From the NCBI GenBank assembly GCA_905233945.1, contig CAJOFY010000020.1, positions 11,320 through 75,319 of the forward strand: a stretch of 64,000 nucleotides of DNA, given 5' to 3'. The notes beneath the pieces were generated by a model that saw nothing but the letters and a program-made list of their open reading frames with translations, was not told the DNA's origin and searched no databases. Numbering within the stretch: position 1 is the first letter of the stretch; every line of letters starts with the position of its first letter. The stretch is from an uncultured bacterium. GTDB lineage: Bacteria > UBP6 > UBA1177. This document shows positions 1 to 11,895 of the stretch, piece by piece. Made by a program: the position numbers and the translations under genes.

Positions 1-24
1 ATGAGACGTTTCAGGAAACGTCTC
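1..24. repeat. Palindromic element GAGACGTTTC-AG-GAAACGTCTC at 3' end of tex (second copy of the 14461-14484 palindrome)
   Basis: 10-bp inverted arms identical to those at 14462-14483, only the central 2-3 nt differ. Confidence 0.5.
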
Positions 25-2126
25 TACAAGCCTTTCATTGAGAGGGAGATACGTTTTCTTTCAAGGTCGATATTTTTGACCATAACTTTGATTTTCTGCC
101 CCAATTTCAGGCATTCGGCGGGACTTTTAATGAATTTATCAGATATTTCTGAGATGTGAAGAAGCCCCTTTTCCTTTATTCCGATTTCGACAAAGGCTCC
201 GAAAGCGACGATGTTGTCAACGATTCCGTTTAAGATCATTCCTTCTTTGAGGTCGTTTATCGTGCGCACTTCATCGGAAAATTCAGCCTGTTCGAACTTT
301 TCACGCGGGTCGAGCCCGCGTTTTTTCAGCTCTTCGATGACTGAGGGTGTGAGAAGTTCCTGAAGAAGCATATTTTTGTCGATGATTTCCGGGTTTTTGA
401 CGAGAGTTTCAAGAGGAACTCCCGCTTTTTTCGCGGCACTTTTCACTAATTCGTAGTTTTCAGGGTGGACGCCTGTCGAATCGAGTATTTCGTCTCCGCC
501 GAAGATACGCAGGAATCCGGCGCACTGCTCGAAAGATTTTGCACCTATACCTTTGATATTCTTGAGTCCTTCGATGTTTTTAAAGCGTCTTCCGCTGCGC
601 CTGAAAGCTGCGATTTCAGCCGATTTTTTATTGTCGAGACCTGAAATGTAGGCTAGAAGGTAAGGGCTTGCGGTGTTTAGGTTCGCTCCGACGCGGTTTA
701 CCGCCCATTCGACCGTTCTTTTGAGCCTTTCTGCCAGTTTTTTGACAGGGATATCGTGCTGATACTGCCCGACACCGAGGCTTTCGGGCGGAATTTTGAC
801 GAGTTCGGATAGCGGATCCTGAAACCTGCGCCCGATCGAAATAGCACCGCGGACCGTGATGTCGAGATCAGGGAACTCTTCTCTGGCGACGGCACTCGCG
901 CTGTAAACTGAAGCTCCGTCCTCGCTGACAGAGGCGACGACAAGCTGTTTTCCGAAGAAATTTTTGAGGATCTCATGCGCCTCTCTTCCGAAAGTTCCGC
1001 TTCCGACGGCGATTCCCGCGACTTTGTACTCGGTTATCCACTTTTCGAGTTTTTTGGCCTCGTTTTTGTCAAGGTGGAGATTGAGAAGAGCCGAAGCGAT
1101 GAAGTTTCCGTGCTCGTCAAGGAGGGCTGCCTTGCAGCCTGTTCTGATGCCCGGGTCGACACCGATCACCGGTTTTTCGCCGAACGGCGGCATGAGGAGG
1201 ATCTGCTCTAAATTTTTGTGGAAGACATCCAGTGAGGCATCTATCGCAAACTCTTTGATTTTATTGAAATTTTCAGTTTCTATGCTGCCGAAGATCCTGT
1301 CAGTGAGGGCTAGAGTTGAGCATTCGCCGAAAAAGTCGGAATGTCTTGCGAAAAATATCGATTCAATGCCGTTTGCAAGCTCTTTTTCGGTTTTAGCGGC
1401 TTCAGCAGAAACAGTGAGAAATCCCTCTTTTTCGCCGCGGTTGAGCGCCATGACGCGGTGCGGCGTGATCCTCTGCGCGCTTTCCCTGAAATCAAAGTAG
1501 TCGCTGTAAAGAATGCCGCTTTCCTTTTTTCCGCGCTTTACTTTCGAGACAATGAATCCGTTTTCGACGTTTTTCCTGACAAAATCACGCACTTTTGGAG
1601 TGTCTGCGATTTTTTGTGCAATGATTTCCTTTGCACCATTCACTGCAGAAGCACAGTCGGCAAATGCCTCACAGACAAAATTTTTCGCTTTTTCTAGGAT
1701 TTTAGCGATCGGCGGATTGTTCAGTATGATATATTCCGCAAGCGGCTGCAACCCTGCCTCGACTGCTTTGTCGGCCTTGGTTTTGCGCCCCGGCTTGAAC
1801 GGCGCGTAAATATCTTCGAGAACGGTCATGTCGGCTGCACCGGCGACCGCGATTCCAAGTTCGTCGGAATAATTTCCGGTCTCTTCAAGCGATTTGAGAA
1901 CAGCACGCTTCCTTTTGTCGAGATTTATTAGTTTTTCTGAAAAATCAATGACTTCAGATGTCTGCACTTCGTTAAGGTTGCCCGTCATCTCCTTGCGGTA
2001 TCTCGCGATGAAAGGGATAGTGCAGCCCGATTCTGTGAGTTCAAGTACAGCTTTAACCGATTTTTCAGCTATTTTCAGGGCTTTCGACGTTTCGCCCGCA
2101 ATATTCAATTCTTTAAGTTCGATCAT
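24..2126 (-). CDS. tex: Tex-like RNA-binding transcription accessory protein (YqgF/HhH core, C-terminal S1 domain)
   Basis: 700-aa ORF; N-terminal Tex-like helical region, C-terminal S1 fold (GMILNGIVDNIVAFGAFVEIG...KVMVKNIDLERKRISLSMK); length typical of Tex. Confidence 0.8.
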   Translation of the reverse strand: MIELKELNIAGETSKALKIAEKSVKAVLELTESGCTIPFIARYRKEMTGNLNEVQTSEVIDFSEKLINLDKRKRAVLKSLEETGNYSDELGIAVAGAADMTVLEDIYAPFKPGRKTKADKAVEAGLQPLAEYIILNNPPIAKILEKAKNFVCEAFADCASAVNGAKEIIAQKIADTPKVRDFVRKNVENGFIVSKVKRGKKESGILYSDYFDFRESAQRITPHRVMALNRGEKEGFLTVSAEAAKTEKELANGIESIFFARHSDFFGECSTLALTDRIFGSIETENFNKIKEFAIDASLDVFHKNLEQILLMPPFGEKPVIGVDPGIRTGCKAALLDEHGNFIASALLNLHLDKNEAKKLEKWITEYKVAGIAVGSGTFGREAHEILKNFFGKQLVVASVSEDGASVYSASAVAREEFPDLDITVRGAISIGRRFQDPLSELVKIPPESLGVGQYQHDIPVKKLAERLKRTVEWAVNRVGANLNTASPYLLAYISGLDNKKSAEIAAFRRSGRRFKNIEGLKNIKGIGAKSFEQCAGFLRIFGGDEILDSTGVHPENYELVKSAAKKAGVPLETLVKNPEIIDKNMLLQELLTPSVIEELKKRGLDPREKFEQAEFSDEVRTINDLKEGMILNGIVDNIVAFGAFVEIGIKEKGLLHISEISDKFIKSPAECLKLGQKIKVMVKNIDLERKRISLSMKGL

Positions 2127-2147
2127 TTTTTCTCCGGATGATAAAAA

Positions 2148-2176
2148 AAAGGCCCTCCGAAGAGGGCCGAAAAAAG
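2148..2176 (-). terminator. Rho-independent terminator downstream of ferredoxin gene (hairpin GGCCCTC-ttcgg-GAGGGCC followed by T-run on minus strand)
   Basis: Perfect 7-bp GC stem with flanking A-run/T-run directly 3' of the minus-strand ferredoxin stop. Confidence 0.6.
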
Positions 2177-2190
2177 CAAGGCTTACGGAA

Positions 2191-2355
2191 TTAAGCTTTG
2201 ATAGCTTCTACCGGGCAGCCGTCTTCACATGCGCCGCAGTCAACGCAAGCGTCGGTTACTTCGTAGCCGCCGTCTTTTTCGATGATAGCTTCTACCGGGC
2301 ATGTTCCAGCGCAAGCACCGCATTTTACGCAAACATCTTGATTAATCTTGTGCAT
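2191..2355 (-). CDS. Small 2x[4Fe-4S] ferredoxin (about 55 aa; absent from ORF track because under 60 aa)
   Basis: Minus-strand translation MHKINQDVCVKCGACAGTCPVEAIIEKDGGYEVTDACVDCGACEDGCPVEAIKA with two CxxCxxCxxxCP clusters. Confidence 0.6.
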   Translation of the reverse strand: MHKINQDVCVKCGACAGTCPVEAIIEKDGGYEVTDACVDCGACEDGCPVEAIKA

Positions 2356-2436
2356 TTTTTTCTCCTCGTACCGTGTTAATAAACGCTAAAAAGCCCTATT
2401 TTTTAAATTGCCGGCAGTGTTTTGTCAAGGAAAAAG

Positions 2437-2976
2437 TCAGTGTATTTTTATTTCGCCTAGTATAGAGAGAAGTTCTTCGACCTGTGTCGATTCGCTGACG
2501 CCTGTTTTGCACCATATTGCAAAGTGTTCGCAGTTGTTGGTCGCAATGTTGTAATTCCTTTCGCCCAAACGGCTTTCGGCGCGGGCTACGGTTTCTTCCG
2601 GCGAATAAAGGTGATAGCTGTTGTCGCCGAAAAGAATCTCCAGTATTTTCAATACGTTTATTCTGCCGGTTTTGGTTATTATATCAAAAATACTGTTTTT
2701 TTTCTGCTTGATGTAGTTGTCAAAATCAATGACAAAAACATATTCCGAACCCTCTTTGAATTTTTCGAGAGTCGTTCGGTGTACAACGATGTTTTTGCCG
2801 AAGTCGCCTGACGGGTCTGCATAGTGGATCATTCCGCCGTTTCCGGTGTAAATTCCGTAATGATCGTAAAGTCCGCGTAGTCTTTGGATTCCGACAACAT
2901 CGCCTGCTTTGAGTTCATCGTCTGAAACTACTCTTTTTATTTGTTTAGTTGTATAGTTAGGCAGTTTTTCTATCAT
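2437..2976 (-). CDS. LRAT/NlpC-P60 superfamily protein (putative acyltransferase/hydrolase)
   Basis: 179 aa; conserved His...NCEHF Cys-containing motif (NNCEHFAIWCKTG) typical of LRAT-like NlpC/P60 domains. Confidence 0.45.
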   Translation of the reverse strand: MIEKLPNYTTKQIKRVVSDDELKAGDVVGIQRLRGLYDHYGIYTGNGGMIHYADPSGDFGKNIVVHRTTLEKFKEGSEYVFVIDFDNYIKQKKNSIFDIITKTGRINVLKILEILFGDNSYHLYSPEETVARAESRLGERNYNIATNNCEHFAIWCKTGVSESTQVEELLSILGEIKIH

Positions 2977-3135
2977 TTTTCCTCCTTAAAACGGCGGTTT
3001 ATAGCTTTTTGAATGTAAAAAGCAATATGAAAGTTGACTTTCAGGCAAAATAACAATAAGCCTTTAGCGGTAATCAGGCTTTGTCGGGAGGGTTCCCGTA
3101 AGGCCGTGTCGGTTTGATTTTAAGAGGAGGAAGTT

Positions 3136-3729
3136 ATGACAAAAAGATTCGTTTGCAAGGTTTGCGGTTATGTTTATGAAGGCGAGAGCGCTCCGGAAAA
3201 ATGCCCGGTCTGCAAAGCTCCGTCAACAATGTTCGATGAGATCAAGGACGAGCTCAAACTTGCTGCTGAGCACGAGTTCGGCGTTTATGAAAAGACTGTA
3301 AAAGACAACGCTAATGTTTCCGAAGAAGACAAAAAATTCATCCTTGAGCAGCTCAAGGCAAATTTCACCGGCGAGTGCTCCGAAGTCGGAATGTATCTCT
3401 GCATGGCTAGGATCGCTCACAGAGAAGGCTATCCTGAAATCGGTCTCTACTGGGAAAAGGCTGCTTTCGAAGAAGCTGAACACGCTGCAAAATTTGCTGA
3501 ACTTCTGGGCGAAACTCTTGAGCCGAACATGAAAAATTCGACCAAGGCAAACCTTAAATGGCGTGTTGACTGCGAATTCGGCGCAACAGCAGGCAAAGTC
3601 GAACTTGCAAAATGCGCGAAACAGAACGGTCTTGACGCGATCCACGACACAGTTCACGAGATGGCACGCGACGAAGCACGTCACGGCAAAGCTCTCAAAG
3701 GACTTCTTGAAAGATATTTCGGAAAATAA
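3136..3729 (+). CDS. rbr: Reverse rubrerythrin (N-terminal rubredoxin-like CxxC...CxxC plus ferritin-like diiron domain)
   Basis: [23 protein letters not shown] rubredoxin knuckles, then ExxH diiron motifs ([17 protein letters not shown]); strong RBS GAGGAGG upstream. Confidence 0.8.
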   Translation: MTKRFVCKVCGYVYEGESAPEKCPVCKAPSTMFDEIKDELKLAAEHEFGVYEKTVKDNANVSEEDKKFILEQLKANFTGECSEVGMYLCMARIAHREGYPEIGLYWEKAAFEEAEHAAKFAELLGETLEPNMKNSTKANLKWRVDCEFGATAGKVELAKCAKQNGLDAIHDTVHEMARDEARHGKALKGLLERYFGK

Positions 3730-3739
3730 TCTTTAATTT

Positions 3740-3768
3740 TTGTCAAAAATCCGTTTCTGGCTATAATA
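3740..3768 (+). promoter_or_regulatory. Sigma70-like promoter (TTGTCA-17 nt-TATAAT) upstream of pepT
   Basis: Near-consensus -35/-10 hexamers with 17-nt spacer in the rbr-pepT intergenic region. Confidence 0.45.
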
Positions 3769-3803
3769 CTCCGGTTTTTTTATTAACTTTGATGGAGTCC
3801 GTT

Positions 3804-5051
3804 ATGAAAAGAGATCAGCTGGTAACAAAAATCCTTAATGAAACCAATCTGTTGAACCGTTTCCTCGACTATGTTAAGGAAGACACGCAGTCTGTTGAAG
3901 AAAGCGAGACATGTCCTTCTTCTCCGAAAGAAAAAAATCTCGGCAGAAAACTTGTCGAAGAGCTTAAATCGCTCGGTCTTGCAAACGCGGAAATGGATGA
4001 AAACGGCTATGTTTACGCGAAAATGGCTACAAACTGCGGAATCACGAAGAAAGTCGCTTTCATAGCCCACATGGATGTCGCTCTTGACTGCAAAGGCGAA
4101 GGCGTATGTCCGGTCATCCATGAAAAATACGACGGTTCAGTCCTGAATCTTAAAGGCGGCACAGTTATCGACCCGGCTGACACGATGCATCTTTCGGACT
4201 GCATCGGCGACACGATCATCACTTCCGACGGCACGACGCTTCTCGGCGCTGACGACAAAGCAGGCGTTGCGGCGATCATGTCGATGGTTGAATATCTGGG
4301 CAAACACCCCGAAATCAAACATCCCGAAATCAGAATCTGCTTCACTCCGGACGAAGAGATCGGACGCGGTGTTGACAAGATCAACCTTCAGAAAGTCGAC
4401 GCTGACTTCGCATACACTTTCGACGGCGGCGCTCCGTATGAAGTAAACTACGAGAATTTCAACGCTTTCTCGGCAAAAGTTACACTGCGCGGTGTTTCGA
4501 TCCATCCCGGATATGCAAAAGACAAAATGGTCAACGCGATCAGATACGCAGGAAAATTCATCGACATGCTCCCGAAGACGATGTCGCCTGAAAGGACCTG
4601 CGGCAGAGAGCCTTTCATCCACATTGTCGGCATCAGCGGCGGCAGCGAGGAAGTTACTGTCAGCATGATCCTGAGAAGCTTCGTTCCTGAGGATATCGAG
4701 CGCGAAGAGAAGATAATCCTCAACATCATCGAAGTCCTCAAGGCTGAGGAACCGCGTCTGCAGGTAACTCCTGTTTTCACCGAAAGCTACCTCAACATGT
4801 ATGAAGTCATGAAAGACAACATGGTCGTTTACGAATATGTCAAGAAGGCGATCGAAGATCTCGGCGCTACACCTGAAGTTGAGCCTATCCGCGGCGGAAC
4901 CGACGGTGCAAGACTTTCCTTCATGGGTCTTCCGTGCCCGAACATCTTCGCAGGCGGCGTAAACTTCCATTCTCAGAAAGAGTGGGTCGCTCTCGAAGAT
5001 ATCGCACTTGCTTCCGCGGTTGCTCTCAAAATCGCTGAAAACATCAAATAA
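3804..5051 (+). CDS. pepT: Peptidase T (M20 family tripeptide aminopeptidase)
   Basis: About 415 aa; M20 family signatures (HMDV, DDKAG, EEIG, GGTDG); start placed at ATG with GGAG RBS, since the ORF-track start is probably an upstream TTG. Confidence 0.75.
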   Translation: MKRDQLVTKILNETNLLNRFLDYVKEDTQSVEESETCPSSPKEKNLGRKLVEELKSLGLANAEMDENGYVYAKMATNCGITKKVAFIAHMDVALDCKGEGVCPVIHEKYDGSVLNLKGGTVIDPADTMHLSDCIGDTIITSDGTTLLGADDKAGVAAIMSMVEYLGKHPEIKHPEIRICFTPDEEIGRGVDKINLQKVDADFAYTFDGGAPYEVNYENFNAFSAKVTLRGVSIHPGYAKDKMVNAIRYAGKFIDMLPKTMSPERTCGREPFIHIVGISGGSEEVTVSMILRSFVPEDIEREEKIILNIIEVLKAEEPRLQVTPVFTESYLNMYEVMKDNMVVYEYVKKAIEDLGATPEVEPIRGGTDGARLSFMGLPCPNIFAGGVNFHSQKEWVALEDIALASAVALKIAENIK

Positions 5052-5055
5052 ATCG

Positions 5056-6117
5056 TTACGGTGTTTCGTCGTTACGTTTCTTTCTTTTTGCTTTTCTTGT
5101 TTCGAGAATTTTTAGTGAAAACGCTTTTTTCTGTTTGAGTTCTTCCGATTCTGCAAGCTGTTTGCGCCACATTTCAAGTGTTTCTGCGGGCAGGATTCCG
5201 TTTTCGACAGCCTCTTTCACGGCGCATCCCGGTTCAGTATCGTGACGGCAGTCGGCAAAACGGCAGTTTTGTGACAATTCCTCTATTGTTTCAAAACCTT
5301 TTGAATCTTCTTCCTGCCAGTTCTGGATTTCGCGCATTCCGGGAGTGTCAATCACCATGCCGCCCGATTCGAGAAGAATAAGTTCTCTGGCGGAAGTTGT
5401 GTGGCGCCCTTTGTTGACGGCTGTGCTGATTTCGCCTGTGGCGCGGATATTCGAGCCTGAGAGAGTATTGATCAAAGTCGATTTTCCGACTCCTGACGAT
5501 CCGATAAAAACAGCAGTGAGGCCGGGTTTGACAAAGGAATTGAGAAGTTCCTCCGTTTTTTGGTCAAACGATGAAACAGCATAAATTTCTTTGTTGCCGC
5601 ATATTTTTGCCGCTTCTTCAAAAAGTTCGCCAGTGTTTTCGCAAGCATCTGATTTTGTTAGCAAAATAACGTGGCTGATTCCTGCTGACGCGGCAACTGA
5701 AATATACCTTTGAAGGCGTTTGAGGTTGAAGTTGCTATCAAGCGACATTACGATGAATACAATATCGATATTGGAGCTTAAAACCTGTTCGTCGATCACG
5801 TTTCCGCTACACCGTCTTGAAATGCGGTTTTTCCGCGGAAGAATTGAGCAGATATACGATTTGTCACGGCGTATCGAAACCATGACCCAGTCGCCGACGG
5901 CAGGAAGATCCGATTTTAAAACGGAGTTGTATCTGATAGAGCCGCTTGTCTTTGCCGAAAAGAACCCTTTTTCGCAGACAATGTCGTAAAAATGGCGGTT
6001 GTGGCCGATTACACGTGCCGGAATAAGTGAAGAATCTTTCTCTTTTTCAGCCAAATTCTTGAAATAACTGTCAAAACCCCATTTTTCAAGATCGATTTTG
6101 AGTGAATCCGAAATCAA
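5056..6117 (-). CDS. rsgA: Ribosome small-subunit-dependent GTPase A (RsgA/YjeQ)
   Basis: Circularly permuted GTPase motifs (LTKSD ... GSSGVGKSTLIN), C-terminal zinc knuckle CRFADCRHDTEPGC. Confidence 0.85.
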   Translation of the reverse strand: MISDSLKIDLEKWGFDSYFKNLAEKEKDSSLIPARVIGHNRHFYDIVCEKGFFSAKTSGSIRYNSVLKSDLPAVGDWVMVSIRRDKSYICSILPRKNRISRRCSGNVIDEQVLSSNIDIVFIVMSLDSNFNLKRLQRYISVAASAGISHVILLTKSDACENTGELFEEAAKICGNKEIYAVSSFDQKTEELLNSFVKPGLTAVFIGSSGVGKSTLINTLSGSNIRATGEISTAVNKGRHTTSARELILLESGGMVIDTPGMREIQNWQEEDSKGFETIEELSQNCRFADCRHDTEPGCAVKEAVENGILPAETLEMWRKQLAESEELKQKKAFSLKILETRKAKRKKRNDETP

Positions 6118-6125
6118 GAAAACTC

Positions 6126-6929
6126 CTATTCGCAGACAAATACAGGGTTAATAAACTGATTGTTTTTTGTAATGAAAAGAAGAACTTTGTCGGGCATAAC
6201 CGGATTGCCGGCAGAAGCCGAAAAAAGTTTTTTGCCGGCCTCGACGTTCTCTTCTGGCTTTACGTTGAGCGATTTGACGTAGGCGAAATTAAGGTCGTAA
6301 CCTTCAGCTTTTGCCGAAATCATGTATCCCTCTTTTTTCATCGGAGCAATACCGGTGATTTTGGCGGGGAAGGGGAGCACAGCCGCTTTTTCGGGCTGTA
6401 TGAAGACTCCGCGGGCGGTGTTCCAGCCGCTTTTTTTCGCGCATTTGTAGAATTTTTTCAACTTGGGAATCACTGTTTTCACTTTGATTGATGCAACTTC
6501 GGTTTCGACTCCTTTTTCGAGCATTTCCATTTTTTCGTCGAGGATTTTTTTTCTGCCCAGACTTTCCGAAAGCATTTTTTCGTAACTGTCAAGCTCGGCT
6601 TTGGTCTTTTCAAGCTCATCAGTGAGGTAAGCTATTGAAATATCGTAGAATTTCTTGCATTCAAAATCGAATGAGACGCAGTTTGCCTTCATTATCCGCG
6701 ACGATTTTTCGAGCAGAACGAGTTTTTTGTATTTTAAAAGGGTATCTGAAGTCAGTTTTTCGGCTGCTTCAAGCTCCTGATCGTTGACTTTGGATGCGAA
6801 AACGACTTCGGCCTTTTCTTTTTCCATACGTTCACGGATAATCTGGTCTTTTTTCGACACGGCGAAGATCGGAAACTGCAGTAAAAGCAGTAATATTATG
6901 AAAATACTAAAGAATTTCTTCATAAACAA
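6126..6929 (-). CDS. Signal-anchored coiled-coil protein with degenerate LytM/M23 domain (EnvC/NlpD-like activator candidate)
   Basis: N-terminal hydrophobic signal, central Lys/Glu-rich coiled coil, C-terminal M23-like scaffold (GWNTARGVFIQ...GYDLNFAYV...VNP) lacking HxxxD/HxH catalytic histidines. Confidence 0.4.
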   Translation of the reverse strand: MFMKKFFSIFIILLLLLQFPIFAVSKKDQIIRERMEKEKAEVVFASKVNDQELEAAEKLTSDTLLKYKKLVLLEKSSRIMKANCVSFDFECKKFYDISIAYLTDELEKTKAELDSYEKMLSESLGRKKILDEKMEMLEKGVETEVASIKVKTVIPKLKKFYKCAKKSGWNTARGVFIQPEKAAVLPFPAKITGIAPMKKEGYMISAKAEGYDLNFAYVKSLNVKPEENVEAGKKLFSASAGNPVMPDKVLLFITKNNQFINPVFVCE

Positions 6930-8103
6930 AAATCAGCTCGCCCATATACTTTATATTGTGGAAGTCGCCGGAGTAGGGCGGAGTCCATGACGAGAAGTCG
7001 CCTTTCTGAACTTTTTTACTGTTTGAATGGCGGTTGATTCTGTGAAAGAAAACTTTCCATCTGTCGCCGTCTTTAGGCGGTTCTTTGACGATTGATTTCC
7101 ACGGGATCGCGATTTCAGCGCTCCAGTTGTGGTCTTTGTCCGCATTTTCGTTGAGAGTGCCGTTCAGCGAAACGCCGTAAACAATGCCGGAATCCCATGA
7201 ATCATCGCGGTTTTTGCGCCTTCCACCGCTGAATTTCGAATCGAATTTGACGCCCGCAGCCGAAACCTGAATTTCGTAGTAAGGTGTCGCTGTTCCTGTC
7301 GGATCAATGAAGATTTCAACGACATCGTCATGGTCGTAAAGCGGATCGTCGTTGTTTTTAAGTTCCGCGTAAATGTCGTTGTCGTCCGCTATGAATCCGA
7401 TGTAAAGGTATTTGTGATCCATGACTGCCATGACTGTTGTTTTGACGGGGCTCAGCTCGGAACCGTCGGGAAGCCAGAATTTATCGTCCTTTGATGAGTT
7501 GAGCCAGTAACTTTCGTCGAGCATTCCGTCTATTTTTGTCTGGGAGCGCGAATTGCCGGCGATCACATAGACATCCATCTGCTTTTTAAGGATGTTGGGC
7601 TTCGTGATTTTTACGCTACCGATCTCCATTCTGTTTTTGCCGTCGTTGAATTTTTCTTCAGGTACCAAACGCTCTTTTTCCTTGAAGAATCCGCCGCGGA
7701 TGAACATTGTGTCGGTGTCGAAGGCAAGCGGGAGTTTTTCGATATTCGTGACATCCTTTATGATTTTCCCGAGGGCAAGCTCCTTCACTTTGCCGTCAAG
7801 AAACTCATGGTCTGCAGTGAAACGTTCTGATCCGTTCTCGTTTTCGAAGTGGAAGAACAGCTGGTAGCCGTCAGGAATCTGCTCTTTGAAACGCCAGAAT
7901 GAGACAAGTTTGAAAGGTTCGCCGTGTCTCGGTTTGCGCGGTTCGGTGTAGTATCCGAGCATCTCTATTTTGCCGTCGTTGAGCTTGATGCCGGTTTTTA
8001 CAGCCGTTTTTGACATTTCTTCTTCGGAGACAACGCCTTCGTGTGTTTTTGAGCAGCCCGCGAAAGCAATCAAAGCAATCAAGAGAACGAAAAGTTTTTT
8101 CAT
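6907..8103 (-). CDS. Lipoprotein, possible carbohydrate-binding (CBM9/DOMON-like) domain protein
   Basis: Lipobox MKKLFVLLIALIAFAGCSK; aromatic-rich beta-type C-terminal region; function not recognisable with confidence. Confidence 0.35.
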   Translation of the reverse strand: MKKLFVLLIALIAFAGCSKTHEGVVSEEEMSKTAVKTGIKLNDGKIEMLGYYTEPRKPRHGEPFKLVSFWRFKEQIPDGYQLFFHFENENGSERFTADHEFLDGKVKELALGKIIKDVTNIEKLPLAFDTDTMFIRGGFFKEKERLVPEEKFNDGKNRMEIGSVKITKPNILKKQMDVYVIAGNSRSQTKIDGMLDESYWLNSSKDDKFWLPDGSELSPVKTTVMAVMDHKYLYIGFIADDNDIYAELKNNDDPLYDHDDVVEIFIDPTGTATPYYEIQVSAAGVKFDSKFSGGRRKNRDDSWDSGIVYGVSLNGTLNENADKDHNWSAEIAIPWKSIVKEPPKDGDRWKVFFHRINRHSNSKKVQKGDFSSWTPPYSGDFHNIKYMGELIFVYEEIL

Positions 8104-8362
8104 TTTTTCCTCCGGAAATCAAAAAACAAAAGATTTTAAGGAAAAACCGGAAAAAAACAAGAGTGGTCGTTCTTGTCGTCGCCGCCAATCTTTTGCACGA
8201 CGCCGCCCGATTTTTTCGTTATAACGTTATTCCGTTATTCCGGTATACCGACACAGGGCGGCGAATCGTTCTTAACGTTATTATCGATTCGCGCCGCAAA
8301 GAAGTTGCTGCGGCGCGAAAAATCGTTATAATCTCTTGCTTTTTGTATTTTTGGAGCTCAAC

Positions 8363-9178
8363 ATGAAACACTTGAAACTTTTATTTCTTTTCATAATTTC
8401 GTTTCCTCTTTTCAGCAGGATCTGGGGAAAAATCACAAAACTTGAAATCCCTGCTTTTCTTATTCAGAAAGCGATTCAGATTTATGCCTCACACTATGAA
8501 ATAGACATGAAGAATTTCGAGGGAGAACTTGACGAGTATGATTCTCTCTGCGCTTTTTTTACAAGGAAAACCGATCCTTCGGTACGTCCGCTTAAAAACG
8601 ATGAAAACTCGTTTCTTTCGCCTTGCGACGGAGTTGTAAGCGTTCTCGAGAATATCCATGCCGATGTCGCGACACAGGTCAAAGGGAGAAAATATCTTGT
8701 TTCGGAGCTTGTCAAAAAGGAGCTTCCCTTTGAGAAAGGTTTCTGGCTTGCAACGATCTATCTTTCGCCGCGCGACTACCACAGATTTCATGTTCCGGTC
8801 GATTCGACCGTTGCGGCGCACATTCACACAGGCTGGCGGCTTTTCCCGGTAAATTCGCTCGGGCTCAACAACATCGACAGGCTTTTTATCAGAAACGAGC
8901 GCGTCGTCGTGAAATTCAGAGCTGAGAATTTCAACTACTTTTACACCGCGGTCGGAGCTACTTTTGTCGGCTCGATAAAAATGAATTTTACAGAAAATTT
9001 CTCTGACGAATGGGTAAAAAACGATGTGAAATATTCACAGAACGACGAGCTCGGAATGTTCGAAATGGGTTCGACTATCGTTCTTCTCGTTCCAGAAGAA
9101 GCGGTCGAAAAACCGAACATCGGAGAAGGTGAAAAAATCCGCGCCGGAGAACCGCTTTTCACTCTCAGAAAACAGTAA
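8363..9178 (+). CDS. psd: Phosphatidylserine decarboxylase proenzyme
   Basis: PSD signatures LSPRDYHRFHVP and C-terminal GSTIV cleavage-site motif (FEMGSTIVLL); start moved to ATG (MKHLK) after GGAG RBS because the track start is an upstream TTG. Confidence 0.8.
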   Translation: MKHLKLLFLFIISFPLFSRIWGKITKLEIPAFLIQKAIQIYASHYEIDMKNFEGELDEYDSLCAFFTRKTDPSVRPLKNDENSFLSPCDGVVSVLENIHADVATQVKGRKYLVSELVKKELPFEKGFWLATIYLSPRDYHRFHVPVDSTVAAHIHTGWRLFPVNSLGLNNIDRLFIRNERVVVKFRAENFNYFYTAVGATFVGSIKMNFTENFSDEWVKNDVKYSQNDELGMFEMGSTIVLLVPEEAVEKPNIGEGEKIRAGEPLFTLRKQ

Positions 9179-9372
9179 ATTTTCACCCGGAAAAATCACA
9201 AATTTTTGTCATAAAAAAATGCAGTTTTTCCAAAAAAACGGCCAATTTTTGACCTGAAATTTTTGCCTCTGAAAAAGTTTAATAAAATCAAGCACTTAAA
9301 AACGCATTTTTGGGGGCAAAAAAATCATCTATGTCCAAAAAATCATTGATTTTTTTCTTCGATAAAAATTGA

Positions 9373-11886
<2,514 letters not shown>

Positions 11887-11895
11887 GAGGGAAAA

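Noticed and set aside
1-24. Paired BsmBI/Esp3I sites (GAGACG...CGTCTC) suggesting a synthetic Golden-Gate cloning scar
   Set aside because: Both copies sit in native-looking contexts at gene 3' ends with flanking T-runs and are embedded in continuous chromosomal sequence. A natural palindromic terminator is a simpler explanation.
2977-3135. Possible PerR/Fur box in the divergent LRAT-like/rubrerythrin intergenic region
   Set aside because: No convincing 7-1-7 inverted repeat matching TTATAATnATTATAA was found, only generic AT-rich promoter sequence.
4137-4970. 277-aa minus-strand ORF within pepT
   Set aside because: It lies antisense to a well-supported M20 peptidase gene and has no motifs or RBS.
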